A program made the translations under genes and the position numbers. From an uncultured Actinomycetota bacterium (GTDB lineage Bacteria; Actinomycetota; Actinomycetes; Propionibacteriales; Nocardioidaceae): a stretch of DNA of 64,000 nt. The notes under the pieces are model-generated. The model searched no databases, had not been told where the DNA came from, and was given only the letters and a program-made list of their open reading frames with translations. Each line of letters begins with the position of its first letter. Position 1 is the stretch's first letter. This document shows positions 40,234 through 49,703 of this stretch, piece after piece. The stretch lies in contig CAVZAZ010000019.1 of the NCBI GenBank assembly GCA_963773355.1, positions 282 to 64,281 of the forward strand, written 5' to 3'.

Positions 40234-40863
40234 ATGTGGATGTCCGAGCTGTCGGAACGCAGCGACGTTCCGGTCGCGACCATCAAGTACTACCTCCGCG
40301 AGGGCCTGGTCCCACCTGGGGAATCAACGGCGGCCACTCGCGCCCACTACGACGACGGACACGTCGAACGGCTCCGCCTGATCCGGGCGCTGGTCGACGT
40401 CGCCGGCATGAGTCTGGAGCGGGTCCGCCGGGTACTGGCCGCCGTCGACGACGAACGACAGTCCCTGGACGCTGCCATCGGCAGTGCGCACACGGAGCTC
40501 TCCCCGGAGCCGGGTACGCCTCCCTCCGCGGAGGCGTCCGCCCGGGTGGCGGCACTGGTCCGCAGTCGGCGCTGGCGGATCGAGCCGGACGGGCGGCACG
40601 GCACGGCGCTCGCCGCCGCACTGGACGCGATGCAAGCGGCCGGCCAACCACTCAGCGAACGCAGCCTCGACGTGTACGTCGCCGCCGCCTCCTCGATCGC
40701 GCGGGCCGACCTCGAAAGCCTGGGAGGACGAAGCCGCGAGGGCGCGACGACGTACGCCGTGATCGGCACCCTGCTCACCGAGCCGGTCCTGCTCTCCCTG
40801 CGGCGGATGGCCCAGGAGAACCTGGCCCGCCGGCGCCTCTCGCGAACCACCCCTAGGGGGTGA
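40234..40863 (+). CDS. MerR-family transcriptional regulator
   Basis: MSELSERSDVPVATIKYYLREGLV, HVERLRLIRAL. Confidence 0.85.
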   Translation: MWMSELSERSDVPVATIKYYLREGLVPPGESTAATRAHYDDGHVERLRLIRALVDVAGMSLERVRRVLAAVDDERQSLDAAIGSAHTELSPEPGTPPSAEASARVAALVRSRRWRIEPDGRHGTALAAALDAMQAAGQPLSERSLDVYVAAASSIARADLESLGGRSREGATTYAVIGTLLTEPVLLSLRRMAQENLARRRLSRTTPRG

Positions 40864-40917
40864 CTCCCAAGTCCGTGGCCTGCTGCGCGCCGGCCGAGAC
40901 TTGGGAGACACCCCCTA
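40854..40917. repeat. 20-bp-arm inverted repeat
   Basis: tagggggtgactcccaagtc / gacttgggagacacccccta (19/20 complementary). Confidence 0.75.
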
Positions 40918-40927
40918 CCGTGACGCC

Positions 40928-42424
40928 ATGAGCACCTTCGTCCTGCGCGACGCCCGCATCGTCGAGCTCGGTCCCGGACCGGGCCACGACGTACCCGTCG
41001 ACGTCAGGGTCCAGGACGGCCGGGTCGTCGAGGTCGGACTGCACCTTGACCGACCGGCGGGGGTCGACGAGTACGACGCCCAGGGGCGATGGCTGATACC
41101 CGGCCTCTGGGACCAGCACGTGCACCTGGGCCAGTGGACGGTCTCCTCACAGCGACTCGACCTGGCGCCCGTACGTTCGCCGGAGGAGGCGACGGCCGCG
41201 GTGGCCGCGCGGTTGGTCGAGCTCCCCGACGAACCCGTCATCGGTTGGGGACACCGGCTCTCCCGCTGGGAGCGCGATCCGACAGTCGCCGAGCTCGACG
41301 AGATCGCCCCCGAGACGCCGGTCATCCTGATCAGCGGCGACGGTCACCACGCCTGGCTCAACACCACTGCTCTGGTCGCCCTCGCTCTGCCGGTCCGGGA
41401 CACGGTCGTGGCGGAGCGGGAGTGGTTCGCGGCCTACGCCCGACTGGTCACCCTGGTCGGCAGCGAGCAGACCTCGCCAGCGGCCTACGCACGCTCCCTC
41501 GAGGCCGCCGCCGCCCTGGGCGTGACCGGCATCGTCGACTTCGAGTTCAGCGGCGGGGTGACCGACTGGGCCGAGCGCTTCGCCGAGGGCGCGGACACGA
41601 TGCGGGTCCGGATGGCGACGTACGCCGACGGGCTGGACGAGGTCATCGACGCCGGACTGCGCACCGGCGATGTCCTGCCCGGGTGCACCGAGCTGGCCAC
41701 GATGGGCCCGCTCAAGGTGATCTCGGACGGCTCGCTGAACACCCGCACCGCCTGGTGCTGCGAGCCGTACGCCGACGGCACCGGGTCGGGCGCCGCGAAC
41801 CAGACCACCGAGGAGCTCCTCGACCTGCTGAAGCTCGCGACCGGGCACGACATCGAGGTGGCCACCCACGCCATCGGGGACGCCGCTGTTCGCGAAGCGC
41901 TCGACGCCTACGCCGCCACCGGCGCCCAGGGCTCGATCGAGCACGCCCAGCTGGTGCGACGCGACGACGTGCGACGGCTGGCCGCGCTCGGCATCCGCGC
42001 CAGCGTCCAGCCGGCCCACCTCCTCGACGACCGGGACGCGACCGAGCGGGTCTGGGTGGACCGGGCGAACCGCTGCTTCGCCCTGCGCTGGATGCTCGAC
42101 GAGGGCGTCACCCTGGCCCTGGGCTCGGACGCACCGGTCTCGCCCCTCGACCCCTGGCTGGCGATGGCGGCTGCCGTCCATCGCAGCGGCGACGAGCGCC
42201 CGCCGTGGCATCCCGAGCAAGCGCTGACTCCCCGCGAGGCGCTCGCCGCGTCCGTCGACGGCCAGGGCACGGTCCGGGCCGGGTCCCGTGGCGACCTCGT
42301 CCTCCTCGACGCCGACCCCTTGGCCACCGGGCCGACCGACGAGCAGGCCGCCCGGCTGCGGGACCTGCCGGTGTACGCCACCTGGGTCGCGGGCCGCCTG
42401 GTGCACGAGGCGGATCTTCGGTAG
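40928..42424 (+). CDS. YtcJ-like amidohydrolase (Amidohydro_3)
   Basis: PGLWDQHVH, KVISDGSL, THAIGD, IEHAQ, LGSDAPV. Confidence 0.85.
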   Translation: MSTFVLRDARIVELGPGPGHDVPVDVRVQDGRVVEVGLHLDRPAGVDEYDAQGRWLIPGLWDQHVHLGQWTVSSQRLDLAPVRSPEEATAAVAARLVELPDEPVIGWGHRLSRWERDPTVAELDEIAPETPVILISGDGHHAWLNTTALVALALPVRDTVVAEREWFAAYARLVTLVGSEQTSPAAYARSLEAAAALGVTGIVDFEFSGGVTDWAERFAEGADTMRVRMATYADGLDEVIDAGLRTGDVLPGCTELATMGPLKVISDGSLNTRTAWCCEPYADGTGSGAANQTTEELLDLLKLATGHDIEVATHAIGDAAVREALDAYAATGAQGSIEHAQLVRRDDVRRLAALGIRASVQPAHLLDDRDATERVWVDRANRCFALRWMLDEGVTLALGSDAPVSPLDPWLAMAAAVHRSGDERPPWHPEQALTPREALAASVDGQGTVRAGSRGDLVLLDADPLATGPTDEQAARLRDLPVYATWVAGRLVHEADLR

Positions 42425-42477
42425 CAACAGCAGCACCAACGCGGTTTGCCGCCACCACCTTTGGGGCACGTCTGGTG

Positions 42478-43329
42478 ATGGCCGAGATCCGGGTCGGGGT
42501 GTCGGGGTGGCGCTACCCCCGGTGGCACGGCGACTTCTACCCCGAGGGCCTCGTCCAGCGCCGCGAGCTGGAGTACGTCGCGTCGCGGATGAACTCGGTC
42601 GAGCTGAACGGCTCGTTCTACTCCCTCCAGCGACCGACGACGTACCAGCGGATCGTCGACGCGACCCCCGCGGACTTCGTCGTGGCGGTCAAGGGCGGCC
42701 GGTTCATCACCCATCTCAAGCGGCTGGTCAACGTCGAGACCGCGCTGGCCAACTTCTTCGCGTCCGGCGTGCTGGCCCTCGGCGACCAGCTCGGGCCGCT
42801 GCTCTGGCAGCTGCCACGAGACCTCGTGTTCGATGGCGACACCCTCGCCGCCTTCTTCGACAAGCTCCCCCGCACCACGGCGGCGGCCGCCGAGCTGGCG
42901 GCACGGCACGATGCCAACGTGCCGGAGGAGAGAGCGCTGACCCGCGCGCCGGTCGAGAGCAGGATCCGGCACGCCCTGGAGGTGCGGCACCCGTCCTTCG
43001 GCGGTCAGGAGGCGACCGCTCTGCTGGAACGCCATGACGTGGCGCTCGTGGCCTCCGACAGCCCCGGCACCTGGCCCTACCTCGAGGCGACGACGAGTGA
43101 CTTCGTCTACGTCAGGTTGCACGGCCACACCGAGCTCTACGCCAGCGGCTACTCCTCACCATCACTCGACCGGTGGGCCGAGAAGGCGCTCCGATGGCAG
43201 TCCGACGGCCTCGATGTCCACGTGTACTTCGACAACGACAGCCGCGGCCGGGCGCCTCACGACGCCGTGTCGCTGCTGGGTCGACTCGGCGCGCCGTCGG
43301 AGCGGGCGATGGTCAGCCCGGCACCGTGA
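42478..43329 (+). CDS. DUF72 (YecE-like) protein
   Basis: GVSGWRY, VELNGSFY, LLWQLP, ALEVRHPS, YVRLHG, VYFDND. Confidence 0.88.
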   Translation: MAEIRVGVSGWRYPRWHGDFYPEGLVQRRELEYVASRMNSVELNGSFYSLQRPTTYQRIVDATPADFVVAVKGGRFITHLKRLVNVETALANFFASGVLALGDQLGPLLWQLPRDLVFDGDTLAAFFDKLPRTTAAAAELAARHDANVPEERALTRAPVESRIRHALEVRHPSFGGQEATALLERHDVALVASDSPGTWPYLEATTSDFVYVRLHGHTELYASGYSSPSLDRWAEKALRWQSDGLDVHVYFDNDSRGRAPHDAVSLLGRLGAPSERAMVSPAP

Positions 43330-43361
43330 CCCGCACGGGCGAACTCGAGCGGATCGGAGTG

Positions 43362-45707
43362 TCACAGGTCGGGGTCGTTGTCCGTCTCCAGGCGCGCGGT
43401 GGCGGAACACGGGGTTGCGCTCCCGGTGGCGGAGGTGACTGACGTGGACGGCGCCCAGGTCATGTTCCCGTTTGCGTTGTCGTCGGTGAACGTGCCGGAC
43501 CCGTTGGCGAACGTCACTGTGACCACGCTGCGGGTGACGCCGCCGACGGTCGTGGTCGAGTGGGACATCGTCGAGTTGTTGAAGGTCCGCTGAGTCGAGC
43601 CGCTCAGGTAGTTCTGCGTGAAGGCAACGGCGCCGAGGTTGACGTTGAAGCTCGCCCAGTCACGTCCACCGACGGGTCCCCCGCTGATGGCCTGGCTGTT
43701 GATGGTGACGTTCACCGAGGTGCCGGCGAGGCCGTTCCACCCCGCCTTGATGCTGGCCGGGTCGACCTGCCGGTTGTAGGTGAAGACCAGTTGGTCGGTG
43801 TTGGCCGGAGTGCCGGGGTTGTTGCCGTTGACCGCGCGGATGTCGGCCGCGAACAGGGTGTTGGCCACGGTCCGGGTCACCACCGCCGAGGTGGTCGAGA
43901 GCCCGACGTTGTCGGTCGCGACCGCCCGGAAGTCGTAGGACCCGTCGTCGAGCGACGTGGTGTCCACGGCGCAGGAGGTCCCGGTGCCACAGCTGGTCCA
44001 GGCGCCGGCGGAACCCGTGGCGCGGTACTGGATCTGCACCGAGGCGATGCCGGAGTGGGTGTCGGTCGCGGTAGCGGCGATGTTGACGCTGTCGCTGAGA
44101 GTGCCGTTCGGAACGGTCACGGACACTGCGGGAGCGTTGTTGTCCACGATCCGGGTCTGGCTGGTCGAGGTCGTGCTCTTGCCGGCGCCGTCGGTGGCGG
44201 TGGCGCGGAACTCGACGTTGCCGGACGCCATCGGCGTGGTGTTGACGACGCACTCGAACGGCGCGTTGGTGTCGGTCGCGCAGGTGTTCCAGGCGCCCGC
44301 TCCCTGGCGGTACTGGAGGACGACCTGGGTGATGCCGTTCCCGTCGGCGGCCGTGGCGGACACAGTGACGTTGCCGTGCAGGTAGTTGGCAGGCGGGCTC
44401 ACGGTGACCGTGGGGTTGTTGTTGTCGACCATCCGGGACTGCAGCGGAGCGCTGGCGGTGGTCCGGCCGGAGGTGTCCGTTGCGACCGCCTGGAACTCAT
44501 AGGTCGCATCGGCGATCCCGCCGGTCGCAAGGTTGCAGGTGTACGGCGCGCCGTTGTCGGTGCCGCAGCTGCTCCACGAACCGGCTCCGCTCGCCCGGTA
44601 CTGGAAGGCCACCGACGCGATGCCCATGCTGTCGGCAGCGGTCGCGGAGAGGCCGACGTTGCCGCTCAGCTGGCCGGTGGGCACGGTCAGGGACACGGTG
44701 GGGGCCGCGTGGTCGACCCGGCGGGTCTGGGTCGCGGTCGTCGTGGTGTTGCCGGCACCGTCGGTGCCGATCGCCAGGAAGTCGTAGTTGCCCTCCGGCA
44801 GCGCGCCGGTGGTGAGCGCGCAGGCGTACGGCGCGTTCTGGTCGACAGCACAGGTGCTCCACGAGCCGGCGGCGGGCCGGTACATGAACGCCACCGACTC
44901 CACGCCGCTGCCGGCATCGCTGGCCGTGGCGGTCAGGTCGACGCTCCCCGTCAGCGGTCCAGCCGGGACCGTGAGCGCGGTCGAGGGTGCGGTGTTGTCG
45001 ACCACGACGTCGGTCTGGACGTCGTAGTAGTTGGTGCCGCTGACGACGGCGTGGGCACGGACGTCGTAGGTGCCGTCGAGGAAGTCGCTGGTGTCGTAGG
45101 TGCAGGTCCGGGTCGTCCCGGTCGCCGCACCACAGCCGGGGATGTCCACCCAGCCGAGGAACGTGACGTAGGCCTGCATCCGGATGGAGACCGACGCGGG
45201 GGGCGGGTTCACGAACGTGGCCGAGAACGTGACGGTGCCCCGGACGGGCGAGGGAATCGGGTTGAGCACGACGCTCGGCGTGTTCGCGGTCTGGGTCGTG
45301 ACCACGGCCGAGGTGGCCGAGTTGGTGTGCGCGTCGACAGCGATCGCACGGAGCTCGTAGGAGCCGTCGGCGAGGACCGTGGTGTTCCACGAGCAGGTGT
45401 ACGGCGTCGCGTTGAGCGTGCAGAGGTTGGTCCAGGAGCCCGACCCGGCCGGGCGACGCTGGATGGTGACGGAGGCGATCGAGGAGTCGGCATCGGAAGC
45501 GGTCGCGCTGAGCGCAACCATCCCGGAGACCGGCGTACCGGGGTTGTTCAACGAAACGAGCGGGGGCGTCCAGTCCGGGGCGGAGGACACGCTGACCTCG
45601 GTGTCGCTCTGGCTGGTGAACTCCGCGGAGGAGGTCTCTGCAGCGGCCAATCCGAACGCAGCGAGGAGCAGTCCGCCGAGGACGAGCGAGGTCGGCTTCT
45701 TCTTCAT
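43362..45707 (-). CDS. Secreted protein with a SipW-class signal peptide, six Cys-paired bacterial Ig-like repeats and a distinct C-terminal domain (putative adhesin)
   Basis: MKKKP...ETSSA/EFTSQS; ~95-aa repeats SATAxD...QYR...W..C...PY.C...DG.Y.FRA.ATD..G; no LPXTG or TM anchor. Confidence 0.8.
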   Translation of the reverse strand: MKKKPTSLVLGGLLLAAFGLAAAETSSAEFTSQSDTEVSVSSAPDWTPPLVSLNNPGTPVSGMVALSATASDADSSIASVTIQRRPAGSGSWTNLCTLNATPYTCSWNTTVLADGSYELRAIAVDAHTNSATSAVVTTQTANTPSVVLNPIPSPVRGTVTFSATFVNPPPASVSIRMQAYVTFLGWVDIPGCGAATGTTRTCTYDTSDFLDGTYDVRAHAVVSGTNYYDVQTDVVVDNTAPSTALTVPAGPLTGSVDLTATASDAGSGVESVAFMYRPAAGSWSTCAVDQNAPYACALTTGALPEGNYDFLAIGTDGAGNTTTTATQTRRVDHAAPTVSLTVPTGQLSGNVGLSATAADSMGIASVAFQYRASGAGSWSSCGTDNGAPYTCNLATGGIADATYEFQAVATDTSGRTTASAPLQSRMVDNNNPTVTVSPPANYLHGNVTVSATAADGNGITQVVLQYRQGAGAWNTCATDTNAPFECVVNTTPMASGNVEFRATATDGAGKSTTSTSQTRIVDNNAPAVSVTVPNGTLSDSVNIAATATDTHSGIASVQIQYRATGSAGAWTSCGTGTSCAVDTTSLDDGSYDFRAVATDNVGLSTTSAVVTRTVANTLFAADIRAVNGNNPGTPANTDQLVFTYNRQVDPASIKAGWNGLAGTSVNVTINSQAISGGPVGGRDWASFNVNLGAVAFTQNYLSGSTQRTFNNSTMSHSTTTVGGVTRSVVTVTFANGSGTFTDDNANGNMTWAPSTSVTSATGSATPCSATARLETDNDPDL

Positions 45708-45773
45708 GGTCAGAGGCTCTCTACGGCAGTGGGCATGGGGGTCGGCGTGCGGGCCGGTGCGGTCTCGTCCGCG

Positions 45774-46297
45774 TCAGGTCTCCGTATGTAGGGCGCGGAG
45801 CAGTTGGCTCAGGCTCATCACGGCAACGGCGACAGCCGGGATGCCGATGGCGATCATCCGCGTCGTCCGGTCCTGGAGGCCGATGAGGATCCAGCCGATG
45901 TAGGGGATGTCGTACTCGACGCGGGCCTGGGAGGCCGACTCGAGCTCGAAGGTCCACGGGTCGGCTTCGGGGACGGCGTCGCCCTTGGTGCGGAGCTGGT
46001 CGTCCTCGATGGCGACGATGCGGTGGGTGATCAGGTGGTCGATCCCGGTCTCCGACGGCGGTTCGTAGGTGATGACGTCGCCGACCTCGAGGTCGGTGAC
46101 GGGGACCACCTCGGAGAAGATCATGGAGCCGCGGTCGATGCTGCCGCTCATCGAGGTGCCGGTGATGACGTAGCGCTGCAGGCCGAGGCGGCCGGGATGA
46201 TGAACAGGAGCGCCCCGAGGACCGCGACGAGGCAGGCCAGGTTGACCAGGACGCGTGCCATCCGGCCCGAGCGTCGAGCCGTGGTGGAGATCTCCAC
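45774..46297 (-). CDS. sipW: SipW/ER-type signal peptidase I (frameshift ~46190)
   Basis: N-terminal TM; VITGTSMSG (Ser), LITHRIV (His), RTKGDA...D, IPYIG. Confidence 0.82.
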
Positions 46298-46347
46298 GTC
46301 CTGCTCCCTTCATCGTTGGTGGTGTGGTGCTGACTGGGTGCGCGGGT

Positions 46348-46382
46348 GACCCGTCCGGCTTCCCCCAGAAGCCGGACGGGTC
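46348..46382. terminator. Perfect 15-bp stem hairpin between the tasA-like gene and sipW
   Basis: gacccgtccggcttc-cccca-gaagccggacgggtc. Confidence 0.7.
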
Positions 46383-46441
46383 TGCCCCCACGCCCCGTCG
46401 GTGCGCCGGTCAGCCGACCCGGCGACCGACGGTCAGTTCGA

Positions 46442-46985
46442 TCAGGGAGTCCAGACGGCGCCGGACTCGTCGCCGCTGGTCGAGGTGGTGACGAACTGCA
46501 GGTGGACGCCGGCGTTCTTGTTCTGGTTGGCGTTGGTGGCGTTCGCGTCCATCTCGACGGTGAACTCGACGGTGATCGAGTCGGCCGTCGGGGTGTCCGC
46601 GTCCAGCGAGCCGAGGTTCAGGGTGCTGGTCAGGTCGGCGAAGTCACCGCTGTAGACCTGCAGCGCCGTCGGCCTCCACGGTCAGGGTGACCGCGCCGGC
46701 CACGAAGCCGTCGGTGTTGCCGCTCGGGACCGCAGTCAGGTCGGAGTCGAGGGTGCCGGTGTCGGTGATCGTCAGCGAGCCGGTCTCGGAAGCGCCGGGC
46801 TTGAGGTTGGTGACCGCCAGGGTCGCGTTGTCCTCGCTGTTGACGTGGGCCAGGTCGCCGGAGCTGGCGGTGATCGAGGAGTTGCTGGTCGAGGTCCAGT
46901 CGGCGCCGGAGCCGATGGCCACCGCGCCAGCGGCGAGCAGCGTGGCCAGAGGTACGAGCACCTTGCGGCTGGTCGTGGTTGCCAT
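46442..46985 (-). CDS. TasA/CalY-like secreted fibre subunit (frameshift ~46665)
   Basis: Signal RKVLVPLATLLAAGAVAIGSGA/DWTS; ASSGDL; TNLKPGASETGSLTITDTGTL; VYSG; NATNANQNKNAGVHLQF; SD GGGAGAAG. Confidence 0.75.
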
Positions 46986-47207
46986 TCGTCTTCTCCCTAT
47001 GTGGTCCGAGCCGTTCGCTCGGGTCTGGTTGAAAGCTGATAGGAAGAAGTTATGTAGCCCTGGTCCACGGACTTGCCACGTGTGGTCCACGGGACATCCA
47101 ATCCTCGGTAACAGCGGAAATGATCCGTTGTTACTAATGCGTGCCGCGAATTTCGTTGCCGATCGGGCGTCGTCCGATTGAATCGATTGCAGGGACGCCG
47201 GATCGCC

Positions 47208-48419
47208 TCACGACGCGCTGTCACTACCGGGTCGACCCGGTGCCCGCTCGGCGAGGGCGATGGTCAGCTCGAGCACCGTGGCCGGATCGTCGAGCCGGTC
47301 GCCGTACAGCTCGCGGAGCTGACCCATGCGGTAGCGCACGGTCTGCGGGTGCACGAACAGCTCGGCGGCGATGTCCTCGCGCCGGCCGTGGTGCAGCAGC
47401 CACGACCGCAGGGTGGCGGCGAGCTTCTCGGCCGTCGCCGGTCGGAGCTCGGCCAGGGGAGCCAGCGCGCGTTCTCGGAGGTCCGCGACTGCCTCGGGGT
47501 CCGCGGCGAGGACGAGTTCGGCCAGGTGCTCCTCGGTGTCGAGCGTCAGCCCGAGGTCGAGCGCCCGGAGCGCCCGGTCGACCGAGGCGCGCACCGACTG
47601 CCAAGGCCGGGCCGGGCCGGCGATCGCGCCGCGGTCTCGCAAGGTCCGAAGCAACGCCGACCGGCGACGGCCGTCGACGTCGGGGACCAGCAACAGCACG
47701 CTTTCCTCCAGCTCGGGCAGGTCCTCCGCGGACTGCAGGGTGCCTGCCGTGAGGACGCCGAGCACGGGCCGGACGTGTGCCTCGGGGACGACGACAGCGG
47801 TCAGCGTCTCCGGCGGCTCCCAGCCGGCGCGCTCCGCGGCAGCCAGCACGGTCTCGGGTGACGAGCCCTGGAGGAGGTGGTGGGCCAGGCGCTCCAGCAG
47901 TCGCTGCCGCACCCGGCCGGTGGTGGCCAGCTCGTCGTTGTGCCCGGCCACACTGGCCGCGGACAGCTCGTCGATGTAGGCGAACACCAGCTCCGCGAAG
48001 CTGGCCAGGGTCTCCGGGTCGACCCCGTTCGCCACGGCGGTCGCCGACATCTCCCGCCACGAGACCCGGGCCCCGATCCGGTACGCCGCCAGCAGGGCGT
48101 CGACGGAGCGGCCGCTGCGCGCCTCGCCCCGTCCCAGCTGGTAGGCGCCCTCGACGGCGGGCGCGGCCGGGGTCCGGGGGTCGGCGCCCCGGCTCCGGGA
48201 GGCCAGCGAGATGAACCCACCGAGCGCCAGCTGCACGGCCGTGCGGATGTTCTCGCCCATCGGTCCAGCCAGCGCGCCGGCGTAGCTGGGCACCTCGTCG
48301 ATGATCGCCCGGACCGTCTGTTCGGCCACCTGCGGGAGCCGCGATCGCATCTCCTCGATCGTCTCCGCGGTCAGGTGCAGGCTGTGCGCCGCCGTCTGGC
48401 GTGCATTTCGAGACGCCAT
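47208..48419 (-). CDS. PucR/CdaR-family transcriptional regulator
   Basis: LGRGEARSGRSVDALLAAYRIG; C-terminal HTH AAELFVHPQTVRYR. Confidence 0.85.
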   Translation of the reverse strand: MASRNARQTAAHSLHLTAETIEEMRSRLPQVAEQTVRAIIDEVPSYAGALAGPMGENIRTAVQLALGGFISLASRSRGADPRTPAAPAVEGAYQLGRGEARSGRSVDALLAAYRIGARVSWREMSATAVANGVDPETLASFAELVFAYIDELSAASVAGHNDELATTGRVRQRLLERLAHHLLQGSSPETVLAAAERAGWEPPETLTAVVVPEAHVRPVLGVLTAGTLQSAEDLPELEESVLLLVPDVDGRRRSALLRTLRDRGAIAGPARPWQSVRASVDRALRALDLGLTLDTEEHLAELVLAADPEAVADLRERALAPLAELRPATAEKLAATLRSWLLHHGRREDIAAELFVHPQTVRYRMGQLRELYGDRLDDPATVLELTIALAERAPGRPGSDSAS

Positions 48420-48502
48420 CTTGTGCTCTCCGAACAAATGTGACGTGGGTCTTCACGCGGTCTGGTCAGGACTTTACTCGCTCCGACGGACAATATGGAG
48501 TC

Positions 48503-49631
48503 ATGAGCATCGCCTTACCCGCGCGGAGCACTCCGCTCGGCGTTCCGCGCACCCTGCGCGACACCGCACGGCGCGTCGCCGAGGCGGCGCTGACGCCCGC
48601 TCGTGCCGGCCGACGTCCTCGACATGGTCAATCCCTTGCGCGCGGGCGCGGACCTGCGCGGCCGCATCGTTTCGGTCCACCCAGAGACGGCAGACGCGGC
48701 GACGATCGTCATCCGGCCGGGCAAGGACTGGGACGGCCACATCCCCGGCCAGTACGTCCGGATCGGGATCGACGTCGATGGCGTTCGCCAGTGGCGGGCC
48801 TACTCCCTGACCCACGGCCCTCGCGCCGACAAGCTGATCTCGATCACGGTCAAGGCAGTGCCGCACGGCCTGGTCAGCAACCACCTCGTCCACGACGCTC
48901 GCCCCGGAACGCTGGTCCACCTCGAGCAGGCGGCCGGTGAGTTCGTGCTTCCCGCCCAACCCCGCAAGCTGCTCTTCGTGACCGCGGGCTCCGGCATCAC
49001 CCCGGTCATCGGCATGCTTCGCAACCTCTACCCCTCCACCGACGAGGGCGTGCTCCACCTGTCGCGCAGCGCCACCTACGACATCGTCGTGGTCCACGTC
49101 GCCCCCAGCGAGCCGGACTCGATCTTCACCGCCGACCTGAAGGCCCTGCACAAGGCAGAGGCCATCTCCCTGATTGCGCGGTACGACGACATCGACGGCG
49201 TCCTCGACGTGCGGGACCTGGCCGAACTGGTTCCCGATCTCGGGGAACGGGTGACGTTCGCCTGCGGCCCGGCCGGGCTCCTCGACGCGCTCCAGGACCA
49301 TCACGACGCGGCCGGTCTCGCGCTCTTCACCGAGCAGTTCCGCACCGCCAGGATCGTCGCCGGCGAGGGAGGCACGGTCAGCTTCGCGCAGACCGGCGCC
49401 GTCGTGCCGGCCGACGGCTCCACCCCGATCCTCGACGCCGCCGAGGACGCCGGCGTCCTGATGCCGAGCGGGTGCCGCATGGGCATCTGCTACGGCTGTG
49501 TCCTCCCCCTGCGCGAAGGGGCCGTGCGCGACCTGCGCAACGGCGAGCTCACCACCGCCGCCGCGGGCGACCGCATCCTGATCCAGACCTGCATCAACGC
49601 CGCCGCCGGCGACTGCGACATCGACCACTGA
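48503..49631 (+). CDS. Ferredoxin reductase-[2Fe-2S] fusion, desaturase electron partner (Rv3230c-like; frameshift ~48600)
   Basis: RAYSL, AGSGITP, ACGP, CRMGICYGC...TC. Confidence 0.85.
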
Positions 49632-49703
49632 TCCCGACCGACGGTTGAGGCGTGAGGCCCGCCAGGGCCGAACCGCGAAACCCCGGAAGAAAGGCCACCA
49701 ACC

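Noticed and set aside
41089-43329. 746-aa ORF as a large fusion (likewise 35759-38029, 55813-57825, 55606-57513)
   Set aside because: The N-terminal extensions are low-complexity off-frame read-through of neighbouring genes; the real starts are internal
46640-46690. Programmed frameshift or phase variation in the tasA-like gene or sipW
   Set aside because: No slippery heptamer or long homopolymer/SSR at the breaks; similar indels occur throughout the window
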